Assembly: GCA_036172245.1 (NCBI GenBank)
Contig: JAYWIR010000005.1
Span: 5,022,001 to 5,086,000, forward strand
Length of the DNA: 64,000 nt
Direction of reading: 5' to 3'
Source of the DNA: Raillietiella orientalis
Taxonomy: Eukaryota
Positions within the stretch are counted from its first letter, which is position 1, and each line of letters starts with the position of its first letter. Position numbers and translations under genes: made by a program. The notes beneath the pieces are model-generated. The model saw only the letters and a program-made list of their open reading frames with translations. It did no database searches and was not told the origin of the DNA. Below, in pieces: positions 12,601 through 23,812 of this stretch.

Positions 12601-13739
12601 TGATGCGATCGGTAGGTGTCCTTCGTGGAGGAACGAGGCGGGGCAGGAAACAGGATTGGTTCCTTCTGGTTGCCTTTTCCCCTTAAAGACGTCTCGGACC
12701 TCTTCTGGAACCTTCTATAGCTCCGTGCTGGCAGACGCGCTCGCGGTGGAACAAGCGCAGTGAAGGGGGGGTGATTCCGAGTTCCCGTGTTGGCCGTCAC
12801 TGGGAACTGAGAAGGCGCGCTCTTCTGACCGTCAGTTCGAGGTCCATTTCCCGGAGCTTTTCCTCCAGTTCTCTTTTCCTGGCTACCTTCCTGTTATGTC
12901 GGAGAAGTCGCTGTTTCCAGAAGCTCAGATTCTTGACCTTCAGTATCGCACACGGAGGACTCTGCATGCTGAGCATCCTGATTCACTAAAGACAATACCA
13001 TCCGTACATCGAATGCGTTTACGTGCCGTCACGAGTGATGAATTGTCGTGTAAATGATCCGCCTATTGCTCGTACCTACGGCACGTGCACACAGGGATGA
13101 GGCCCTACCTTTAGCCAAACCCTGGTCCTTCTATCTGCTAAAACACAGAACAGTGTCCCTGTAGCTGATTGAAACAAAATCCTTCTGTAAGTGCAACGGG
13201 AACTTTAATCACTTGGCAGAGTAGCTGCGGGCGAAGAAAGAGGAAAAATCTTTGGGAGGATGCGAGCAAGTTTTCAAGAAATGAAAAAAATTTCTCGGGA
13301 ACATCTGTACACTCCCTCTTACTTTCCTTATTATAATGAAATGCTGTAAGTGATGCTTTTGTTTCTATCTCATTCCCTCATCTCATTTGACTCTGGTGAT
13401 TTTCTTAAAATGAGCGTTTGCTATTCATTTAAAACCTCCACCAAGTTTTTCACGCATTTATTTGCGTTATTCCCATTCCATACTTTGCTTCTAGAAGATC
13501 CTATAATTAGATGTGATCAGATTCATTGCATCAGGGCCTAGTGCGACAAGAACTATTCCGATAAATCAAAAAAATTGTGAATTGAGTAAATCTTTGTAGC
13601 GTAGTGCGCATTATTCTGCGAAGGACAAATAAAGTGAATTAAAAATAGTATCGAATTCCTGCATAGTGATTAAATATCTTATATAATGTAGTCTGCCTCC
13701 GATTTCCTTCGTCTCATTTTCTATCGCGACCATCATGGA

Positions 13740-15090
13740 GTTTTGTCAGTTGCGTAGGATCCGATGGATGGGAAAGCATGGTTTAGAAAACGGAAATACC
13801 GTCCGGATTATTTTGGATGCTGTGTCCGTTGGAATATCCTTTCACTCTTCAGTGAGTCACCGAAGCGATGAACACGAGAGAGGACGTTTGGATTTTGTCT
13901 TTTCAAATCCCATCCCCCAGTCAGTATCTTTAAAACTCTTGCGACGGAAGCTGCAGGTTTCATTCCTGACTTTCCAATCAACTTTTAAGGTCAAATCAAT
14001 GACAGCACACAGAATCAATACTGACATTCAAGAGAAGTATCCACTCAAAGTCTCGGAGACCAACTAGCTGTTCGTTACAGAAGACTCAAGAGGAATCACG
14101 ACGACACTGTAAGATGAACGCGAGGAAGGTAAAGAGCTACCATATTCTCGGTGGATTCGTCATGAAGAGCAGCGAAGGTGCACAGTACCAAAATCTTTCG
14201 TCTAAATGGAATAAGCGTTCAGTATAATGAGCCACCAGTAAATTCCACCAATAGCAATCACATGATTCTGATAACTGATCCCATGGAGATCAGGTTTGGG
14301 GATCATTAAACTCCTATCACCGTACAAAATGGCGGAGAGAGTTGACCTTAGGGCCTAATCTTCTTAAGGAAGGAAACTTTTTCGGTTCTTAGGAAGTTTC
14401 TGTGTTAAGCGAAAAAGAATCTTCTTACTGTGGCTAAGCACTGGACCGCTTAAAGAATGCGTTCCGAAGACATCATCAGAAAACAAAGAGGAGTGTTACT
14501 AGACATTTCATCTCCTGGATTAAGGATAAGCAAAACACTGAAGTTTACAAAAATGAAGTGATCCATTCAAGCAAAACAATTAGCTTTTGAAAGGTCATTC
14601 ATTTCTCAGGAGCTCTTTTGGGATATGCTCAGATCACAGAGGCAATGGAATCTGAAACTCAAGAATGGCTACAAGAGTGACCAAGTGAACTGAGATGGAA
14701 TCGGTCTCCTTGCGACACGCAGTCAGGTTAATGGTATGACCGGCAAACAGCATGTCAGAAAGTTTTTTTTTTTCCCCACGCGGAAACCGAAAAGGTCAGG
14801 AAATTGGAAGCTCATTTACACGTTTGGGTAGGTTGGAGGAGACTGAGGTACATGAAACTGGGAAGGCGCGTTCCGAGTAAGGTACTGCCGTGATACGTGC
14901 ACAATGAATCCAAACCTTTCGGACTGGTTCACATACGTTGAGAACGATGACTTGCCCCGTTCCTGGAGAAACGTGGCGAGAATTATAAGAAACAGGATGT
15001 GGAAAGTTACATCAACACTTCCAGGCATGGAAAAAATGGATTGCAGAGATGTGGATGAGAAAAGGAATGCGAGGGGATTCATTTAGTCCT
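13740..15090 (+). mobile_element. Decayed RTE-like LINE (RT to C-terminus; intronic)
   Basis: Plus-strand remnants in order: SLKLLRRKLQ..FQSTFK, TDPMEIRFGD (T.PF.I..GV.QGD), RSEDII (FADDI), PGLRISKT (GL.IS..KT), DWFTYVEND (WFGHV.RM). Confidence 0.55.
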
Positions 15091-15649
15091 GGATGGTTTC
15101 TATACTTCTAAAACAGCAATCTTGAAATCCGCGCTACCATCTGAAGTGAATGGCCTTCGGGAGTGGCCACGACGGACGATCAAACGGGACTCATCATTTG
15201 CTTCGGGATTCAACTTCGGCAGTTTGCTTCATACTCATTTTGGTGTTTGCATTTCGCGCCGCAATTGCTCAGAAGATTGATGCGGAAAGAGCGTTGTGAT
15301 CTCGAACTTAAACGTTTGCCTGAAGATGCACGCGTCTGAAACAAAAACCAAAGGAAACAATTCCTTTTCCGGTTAGATCAATTAAAAGAGACCGAGAAAT
15401 TTCAGTGTTATCTTCCAGATCCCTTTGCCTCTACAAATAATTTTTACACAATTCTACAACTTTCTCGAAGATAAAAAGAAGAAGAAAGCAAACGGTCGTA
15501 AGACTGCTTTTACATTGCTTCTTTGATTTTCGTCATCTTGGAGTCTGTGCCCACGCTTTTTTTTCTCTCTTTTTTCAGCGTAAAATGAGATAATCGGAAA
15601 GAGCGAGGTCTGCATTGCATGCTTGACTTTGGAAGGGAAATTCTACATT

Positions 15650-16100
15650 GAGCTTCGAATGATCTCGAAGCTTGCCGGTGAGCACCTCATACTTAAGCAG
15701 GGCACCTTTCGACAACGAACCTCTCTCTTCGACCGTGCATGACATGATCTGTCATCATATCCTGACAGTATTCACGATCCTTCCGAGCCTCCTGTTCATC
15801 TTACAGAAGATGCTCGAGTCCCAAAACAGGGTCAGCATGGCTTCGCGGGAACAAGTCAGGCACCGCCTGGAGGTGATGGAGATGTCCTGTTGTTGCATCA
15901 TGCTTTCTTTCGGCTTCGTTGTGCTGCTCTCTTGTGTTGTCTCCCTTCCTGTCCTCCACGTCTGTGCCTCTCCTTGATTGTGGTGCGATGCAAAACTTCA
16001 GCACCTTTCCGTTTGCTGGCAACACGGCACCTCCCTTGCACAGTCGTTGTGAAATTCGAGAGCGTGCAAAAGCAACGGTCCGTTATCTGACGTGCATCAC
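15650..16100 (-). mobile_element. Decayed RLE endonuclease fragment
   Basis: Minus strand: VPDLF, LTLFWD, QIMSCTVEERGSL (PDL..V..WD..V.G.RG-like). Confidence 0.25.
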
Positions 16101-17381
16101 TACTGCTGAAATCGATGGCCTCAAGGGCGTTCTTCAATCACCCTTGTTCTCTTATTTCTCGTCTCTTCTGTCCCCGCATGTAGTTTTCTTAGACTGATGA
16201 TTTTTTTTTTCTACTGAGCTAGGCTTCTTTTGCGAATCCCAGGGGGTTTGGTTTCCTCGGACCATAAAAATCCTACTACAGCATGTTGTCCACTAACGGT
16301 ACAAATAGAAAGAAGAGTCAGCGTCTTACTGCAGTCAGTCTGACTGCACAACGCAGACTGGGTGCAGGCTACTGGAGAGAGACGTGTCTAGACTCACCTA
16401 CTAATTTGGCAGGTATGATGGCATTGGAAGTGTGTTTTTGGTTTCGTACACAAAAACTGCCACTGCTATCTGATCTATAATCGTGGAAACCATCTGAAAA
16501 GCTGATATGGGGAGGAAAGCGTTGTAGAGTATGTTGGTGCGCCATCAAAAGGTTCTTCCAGAGGCGGCCCTTTTCATCACGTTCTCTGGTGCCGCTTTTA
16601 TAAAGCCCTCGAGCTCCGCGTTGCAACTTCGTGTTGTGGCAAATAGATGAGAATCTCGAAAGTGGGAACAGTAGATCTACGCTTCGATGTGGGGTATAGC
16701 GGTCTCTTCGTGGGAGTGCCGGAATCCAGTTCCGTGGCGTGATGAGGATTCCAAGTCGAAACACTTATTAGATTTTGCGACTCGAGCTTTGCGTTTGCAC
16801 GGTCCTATGCAATCGAGCAGGGGATGGGAAATGTTCTTCTCGATTAATCAAAAGGCTATCCTAAATGACGGGTAATTTGATGACGTAAACAAACATTTAT
16901 GCAACCGCTTGACTTGGATATCATCAACCACCGTTCCGAAGTACTCCTGTGCATGTAAGATACCATATCGATTTCCTTAACCCCCATGGAAAATGATCTT
17001 CAAGGAGCAAAAGATCGAACTCTCTTAAAAGCACAACCTTGTTATTTCTTCGACGATATGAGAGATGATTTCTGGGATCTCCATCTCAAAATTAGGGGGT
17101 CCATGCGACAAAGGACTCACTCTTTTGTTTATTTTCATACATGAGATACGTATGTGCAGCAAGCAAGATCCCATGAACATATGAATGGATGAGACTGAGT
17201 TCAGTGTACACAAATGCCGGATCTTGAATTTCCTTTCTTGATAAGGAATATAAAAAGGCGACTTCTTCACTATACGAAGCTGCTTTGTACGGCGTCTGTG
17301 TTTGTGAGTTTGTAACTGTATCGCTTTTTAAATACCCGATCGGATCTTCCTACCGTTTCATCGAACTGAACCATCATCTGT

Positions 17382-17441
17382 CCAAACCATGCTGCATATC
17401 AATGAGTTTAAACAAACTCATTAATATACAGCATGGTTTGG
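17382..17441. repeat. Near-perfect 28-bp inverted repeat with 4-nt loop
   Basis: ccaaaccatgctgcatatcaatgagttt-aaac-aaactcattaatatacagcatggtttgg; 26 of 28 Watson-Crick pairs. Confidence 0.95.
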
Positions 17442-18236
17442 GCACGCGAGAATTTCAATGAGTTTCACGCTGTTTTAAAGCATGAAAAACTAAAAAAAAA
17501 AAAAAAAAAAAAGAAATAGAAAACAAAACCACCACTGGGCATTTTGAATCTAGTGTCGGGATAATCATTAGGTTCGTTCGTGTCTCATGCCACTGAGACA
17601 AAGGGGGTCACGTTTAGTGAGACACACCATCAAGTATAGATACATATTATGACGACTGTGGAACTGACTAATTTCAAAAATAAACACGAAAAAAAGAGTT
17701 GACAAACGAGAGGCCGAACGCTCGAATCACAAACCCAGTCCAGTGACAAAAAAAAAAAAGGTTACTCGTCAGATGCAAGAACGGGCGTTGCCACGGACCG
17801 AACCCTCAAAGAGCGAAAACTAGAATCAAAATGACCTGACTATTATCTGAATATTAGAGCTTCGGTGTAAATAGAAAGTTCTGGGGGGTAAGAGCACCCA
17901 AACAGTGATGATGAGAAGAAGGAGATAGCCATTAACTCGGGCATTCACCTGGACAGGGAAACATGAACATTTATGGGCAAACGAAAAGAAGCTCCCGGGC
18001 CATTGCATAGAGTTAAGATACAATGATGCAATCTCCCACATGCGGTTTGCTTCATAATTCGTTTCAGAGATGGCTCAAGATGATTCATACGAGTTAATTT
18101 CCCAATAACTGTCGAAGAATGTGCTCCCCATATCTCTGCATCGCCGAAATATGCTGCGCTTTCATGCAAAGCCTTCCTTCTATCAACGATCAGAATTGTG
18201 TAGGAATCGAAGTGATCTTAATAATCATTATGATAG

Positions 18237-19016
18237 GCCCGCGCCGCAGGCCGTGTGGTTACGGTGGTCTCCGCGCGTGGCACCATGAGTCGTGGGTTCG
18301 AATACTCCAGAGGAATCGATGCAGTGCGTCGTGGGTCCCGAGTTCTACCCAACAAGATGACGCTGGTTGGCCTACATTCATCCGGGTGCGGCACTGGTAG
18401 CGGTTGAAACCAGATGCCCCCCGATGAGGGCCGGGACAAATGGGAGTCGACCTCCGCGTCCTTCCAGGAATCACGGACTGGGGAGTTTCCCCTCCCGTTG
18501 TGAAGGAGCGGACCCCCTATTCCGGGGAGACCCTCCGCGTCGTACTGATGGAGTAGGTGCATCGCCACCACCTCCCCAGAGAGTGCAGAGAAGCGAGCCG
18601 GTCCCTTCGGGGAAGCTGCGTCCTTCTGAATTTCGGAAGCGTCCCTTCTGGGTTCTCTTCAGAGGAGTAAAAACAGGAGCGGATCCCTTGCAGGGGATCC
18701 CTCCGGAGAAGAAATCCCAGGATCGGATCTCTTCCGGGTTCCCTTCAGAGAAGAAAACTGGAGCGGATCTCTCCAAGGGTCTCTTCGGAGAGAATAAGGA
18801 AGGAGGGTTCGCTTCTGGATTCCCCTTCGGAGACAATCAGGGTGGAGCTGATCTCCATTTCCGGGGATCCCTCCCCAGGCGTGAGAGGAGCGAACTCCGA
18901 ATCCTTCCTGGATTCATAGGGGGGACCCCTCCCGGGTATCCCCTATCTTGAAGAATTATCCACCCTCGGGTGGCGTGGAACCGTGTCGAAGAACTGCGAA
19001 GACAGAAAGGAAAGGA
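18237..19016 (+). mobile_element. tRNA-headed SINE-like element with internal hairpin array, copy A (in KCNQ intron)
   Basis: A-box-like GTGGTTACGGTGG and B-box GGTTCGAATAC. Near-identical to the reverse complement of 56419-57173 and homologous to 50622-51288 and 25772-26480. Confidence 0.85.
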
Positions 19017-20340
19017 ATTTCGTCATCCGAGGGCCCTTGAGGAACAGCAAAATTTACGAACTTTGCACGGTATTACCTCAGTATTCTTCGGCTGGGTCAG
19101 AATATTTGATTCGGAGATGTTTGCATAATCGTTGTAAACACAGCAAAAGTACTATCAACCGCTTTTTTTTCCTGGAATGCGCTATACGTTTATCTGACGT
19201 AATTTCGCACTATCCACTCTTGGAAAATGAGCAGAAACGCCATAATTTGGGATGCGGAAAATTAAAAAATTGCAAAGACGAACAAATTTACAACCAAATC
19301 ATAAATACACTTGACAGATTACCTCCTGAAAGGATATGTGAATAATATTTTATATATGACTCCGATCACTCTACAAGAAAACTGCCTCAGCAAACTTGGA
19401 AGCTTACTTGTATATTCATGTGTTTGATGAGCTTATCTCAAAGATCGGTGTTTGCTGAGCACAGTCTCCAGGAAAGTTTCCATCGAGACCGTAGCCAGCG
19501 CCTCGGTTTTTAAGATGCTTGAAAAAATCTGCTCCTGCTCATGCCTTAGTCGTTTAACTGAGAAACCGAACCACATCCCACTCTTCCGCGTATCCCGTTT
19601 TCGAAAGCAGTCAATGCTGCATCGAAACGGAAGAGTAGGACTGTATCACTATTCAAGAGGAAAGCGCTTTCAGTGAACTCTTGGAGGAGGATGCTGGTCC
19701 TAATTTCTCGAATGGGATCGGCCACTGGTGTTTCCAACTTGGCAGTGGTCGGAGCAAATGCGAGCGAGAGGCGGGAAAAGTTTTGCGTCACAGGAAGTCA
19801 GAGGCGTCGAAAACGACGTGTGCTCACAATTCGCAAGAAGTTTCAAGGGCCATTTCCCGAAACCGCCCTGTACTGGCAAATCGAGTTTTCCTCATCTTTC
19901 ATTGAATCCCCACTCGCAGCATGCGAGGAGGACATTTCGAAACGGATGAGATCGCTTTACAAGAAAATAAGGGCACCTCGCAACATGTGTACGCCAGGGA
20001 AATCCTACCGTCCAGGAAAGGACGATAGATCTCTGTATGAAGAACCTCCGCAACGACTCGACGGCTAAGCCCTTTCGATTCTGTAGGGCAGCAGGCTGAA
20101 TCATTTTGACAGCCATTCAGGTACACGGGGATGGAAGAAGCTCAAGAATCAAGTCATTACAAAGTAAGGATACTTGTTGAACGGAGAATTTCAATGTAAT
20201 AAGTCACGGCTACTAATGATAGGTGATAAGATGTGAGATGGAGTGCAGACGAGAAATATTTATGAGATGGCGATTAGGCGAAGAAATAGGATTGCAAAAT
20301 AGAATCTTCCTCGAAACAAGGACACTTTTCCGAGCGTGGT

Positions 20341-20376
20341 GTCTTTGCCAACCCTATTAATAGCGTTGGCAAAGAC
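20341..20376. repeat. 36-bp near-perfect palindrome
   Basis: gtctttgccaac-c-ctattaatag-c-gttggcaaagac; one mismatched pair. Confidence 0.9.
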
Positions 20377-21732
20377 TGCTATGAAAAATGCACGTTGCCG
20401 AAGTGTCATAATAAAAATGAAGCATTTCTCGTTACTAACATGAAATCTGTGTCTCCATGAGTAAAGGGATAAACATGATGAGTCCAGTCAAGAGTGCCAG
20501 TGGTTAGTGGCCATCAGTTTTCAAGAAAGCTGCTCATCGGTGCTTTTCCTCTGCATGTTAAAGAATTCTCTAAAGACATGCATTTGGAACAGAAACACTA
20601 GCACCAATGAAAACGCACACGCAAACACGATGAAATCAGGAAGAGGTTTATTTTTCAGGAAGAGTCGATGACTGTCTTCCAATAGAGAATGAAAGGAAAT
20701 ATAAAAATTGAGGATGTGAGAGCCAACGTCTGGAGCATGACTAAGTGTCGAGACGGGCAGCAGAGCGAAACAAGGGGGGGGGGGGGATTCGCGGTAGAAG
20801 AATGCAGAAATCAACCATTTGGAATGGTTTCTCCTATCCTCCTTTAGCAGTTGCACTCGTGTTACCTCCTTATTTCTAATACTTTGTGAATCGGAAGGGC
20901 TTCGGTCTTCTTCCGTGCACCGGGATTTTGTTTTCCGGAGTACTCTCGGTGAAAACGTTTGCTGACGTAAGGTTAGAATAATGTAGAAGTTGGCGACCTT
21001 TTTTTCTCTGGTTGCTGAAGGCTTTGTCGATACGCACCCACACACAACATGGCACACCTAGTCATCCCTAGTTTTTCGAGTCACATCTTCTTAGAAGCGT
21101 CTGATGCTCTCGGAATCGGGTCTGAAGGCGCTAAAGGAAAAGCCACCCTCGCTGCTCGATTTCAAAACACGGAACGGGGTGTGTTGCATATCATCAGAAA
21201 AATCATGCATGACGTCACATTCCTGAGAGACGGATGCTTTTCCTGTCGTTTGCTCACCGTAAAGTGCGCTCAACAGTAAGGAGGACTTCGGTTCGAAATT
21301 CTGAGATCGGTGGCGATACTTTCACTCCGGACGTCGCAGATCAGGGGAGGAAGATGAATGAGAACGGAGTTCCTCTTCACCCATCCACTCTTTTCAGAAG
21401 TTGAGAAGAGTTGATAAATGAGGAGCTTTCCTCTGGGATACGAGTCTGTTCTCAAGACACTTTTCGCGGCAAGTCGGGTTGCTACGCAGCAGTCTTCCGA
21501 TCAGAGGGTGCTTCAGAAAGACAGCACGCGCAATGAGTTTGCGATCCAGAAAGAGGAACAGAGAAGGGATGAGAACTCTGCTCGAAGTGCGGCTGTAGGG
21601 TCTGCGGCGAAGCGAGCAAAGAAGGTAGCTAGGATGGGAGCCAACAAGATGCCGTCTTTACGTCGAAATTCCTCAATGATCCCCGGAAAATGTTATCAGA
21701 ACTTACTCATCCTGGATGTGTGTGTGTTTCAG

Positions 21733-21829
21733 GCTCGATCAGATCCTCGGGAAGCAGGGATCGAAGAACAAGGATGTTTACGATTCCAAAATCAGCCTTG
21801 CCTCTCGCGTTGTGAAAATCGAGCGGCAG
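21733..21829 (+). CDS. KCNQ: KCNQ exon, end of helix C and start of helix D
   Basis: Acceptor gtgtttcag|; phase 2 completes AG+G=Arg from the 5916 exon. Encodes LDQILGKQGSKNKDVYDSKISLASRVVKIERQ; donor cag|gtggag. Confidence 0.93.
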
Positions 21830-21888
21830 GTGGAGCAGCCGATCTCTAAAAGCAACTCATGTCTGTTTTCTTGTTATCCCCCTTCAAG

Positions 21889-22190
21889 GTCGACGACATA
21901 GAACTCAAGCTGGACCAGTTCATCGAGATGTATCTGGAAGACAGGAAGAAAAGCTCTCCTGGTGGTGACTACGAACCCCTCCTTCCTCCCAGCCCGTCTT
22001 CTCTTTTGCAAACTTTCACCCCTGACCGAGGTTACTCGCCAGAATCGTCTGTGATAGCAAAGCCAAAACCTATTTTGAGTGAAAGACAATGTTCTGAACC
22101 CACCACCCCTGTTGTGAAATGCACCCTCAAACCCATGTTCCGTGGTTATTCGGACCTGGGCCAAAGAATCAAAAAACGGGTTACACTCAG
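21889..22190 (+). CDS. KCNQ: KCNQ exon, helix D tetramerisation coil and distal tail
   Basis: Acceptor cccccttcaag|; encodes VDDIELKLDQFIEMYLEDRKK...SEPTTP...RGYSDLGQRIKKRVTL; donor ag|gtaaac. Confidence 0.88.
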
Positions 22191-22594
22191 GTAAACTCTA
22201 GCGCGCACAACCCGGCTCAATGGCGGTTCTTGCAGCTCAGCTGTAGATCTCTTGGTAGAGGAATTTTCGTTCGCGGTTGACATGCGTGCAAAAATTTTGC
22301 CGAGTTTCCTCTTTCCTTTGCTGAGCTCTGTTGCTCCCTTCCTGCAACGGACTTCTTTCTGGCCGTCCTTAAGATCTCTTCTGTGCTTGCTGCTGGTGAG
22401 AACTGACGGTCAACTCGGAATCAAGAAGTCACCCGCAAAGGAACTCGACCACGGAAGATCCTTCGTGTAGCTTGTGATCGGAGAAAGAGGCGGCAAGGAA
22501 AAGTGGGAGAATCGGTGAAGGGGGAGAAACCGGGATCACCCTGACTGCAAATCGTCTCCACGCTGTTCCATACCAAGCATGTCCTGCTTTTTCA

Positions 22595-22623
<29 letters not shown>
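22595..22623 (+). repeat. (GTT)n microsatellite, about 9-10 units
   Basis: Read directly: gttgttgttgttgttgttgttgttgttgt. Confidence 0.95.
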
Positions 22624-22625
<2 letters not shown>

Positions 22626-23699
22626 GATCTGTGGAACAACAGGACCGGAAGCTGGCTTCCGAACTCGGGCGCAGTGGTCCGAAGGGTGCATGCCTACAGG
22701 ATGGACGTGCGCAGTTGCCACTGCACCCGGGTAGCTTGTAGGTTTCTCATGCTGCTGACTGGGGGAAAAACTTCCGAATCCCCGGATGAAGTATTCGAGA
22801 GCATCTCTGCAGCTCCAAGGGGCTCTCCCAACGAACGACTAGGGAAGAAGATGGATGGAAGCTATTTGTATCCATTATCTCCTTATCATTTCCAACTCAC
22901 TTCCACGTGGTAGTTATCCGGGATTTGCCAGTTATCCAGATGGGATTCCTAGCAGCACGACGCAGTCGGTCAGTGAAGGGGCCAGCCCGGCGGAAGCGGC
23001 CACTCAATATCAGTGACTTCATGTCCTCGAAAAAAAAAAAAAAAAAAAACGAAACCGAACTTTTTCTTTCGCTGTGTGTGCGTGCGTGCGTGAGTGTGTG
23101 CGCGCGCGTTTAATTTGACTCCCTAGAGCAAAAGTGGAACGAGCAAGATCTGGAAGTGGCGTTGCCATCAGTAACGATCCACAGGTCTACTCGCACCTAG
23201 AAAGGAGTTGAAGCTTGCGGAATGCGGTCGGAGATGCAATCGAAATGCAACAGCGGATTCATTTGGGATGAACAGATGAATCCACGAACAGAAGAAAGAA
23301 CAGACGAGTTTTGCTTTGCTCCTGACGAAGAAGGGAATAGGAAGGGGACGTGTGAGGAAGATCCGTTCCTGAGTCGTCGTCCAAGGAAACCGCTCTCGGG
23401 AGATGCGATGACCCTTGAAGGATCAAGAGGCAAGAAAGGTCCAAAAAGCCAAGTATAGCAGATTCCATCCAACGACTCGAGGAAAAGTCTCCGAAGGGTG
23501 CGCTGAAGGCTCGGTTCCTTTTTTTTTTTTTTTTTTTTTGCCTGCGAGCTCTGCTGTGCTTGGAGACTCGGGGTCACTCGCTGGTCAGATCGCTTGCGTT
23601 TCACTTTTCAAGAATGCCAGCTCTCCTCTCTCTCTCTCTCTTTTTTGTTTTTGTTCTTTTAGCACATTCTGGTGTTTTTCAGTGCTCGTTGCATTTCAG

Positions 23700-23812
23700 T
23701 TCCATCCCATCCTATTCCATAGAGCTTAACGGAGACGGGACCGTACCTTCTAGAAGCGCACTGGACGTGCCGTCGGAACGCAGCAAGTTTCCTCCGATCC
23801 AAATCAAAATCG
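23700..23812 (+). CDS. KCNQ: Probable further KCNQ distal C-terminal exon (may instead read through to the stop at 23988)
   Basis: Long pyrimidine tract and acceptor gcatttcag|. Phase 2 matches the 22190 donor, giving KKRVTLSSIPSYSIELNGDG...PPIQIKI; consensus donor g|gtgagt at 23813. Confidence 0.55.

Noticed and set aside
18237..18310. Functional tRNA gene at the element heads
   Set aside because: A/B-box-like motifs are present, but I could not form a cloverleaf with an acceptor stem and there is no T-run terminator.
18620..18900. Hairpin repeat-linker periodicity read as a CRISPR array
   Set aside because: Repeats are degenerate, linkers are short and similar to each other rather than unique spacers, there are no cas genes, and the context is eukaryotic.
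18367..18951. 194-aa ORF, and the similar ORFs at 56393-56942 and 50767-51552, as protein genes
   Set aside because: They are by-products of the GC-rich hairpin repeat, and frames are not preserved between copies.
22596..22730. KCNQ exon beginning at the GTT repeat
   Set aside because: In the required phase it would encode a poly-Cys run; the 23700 acceptor gives a more plausible continuation.
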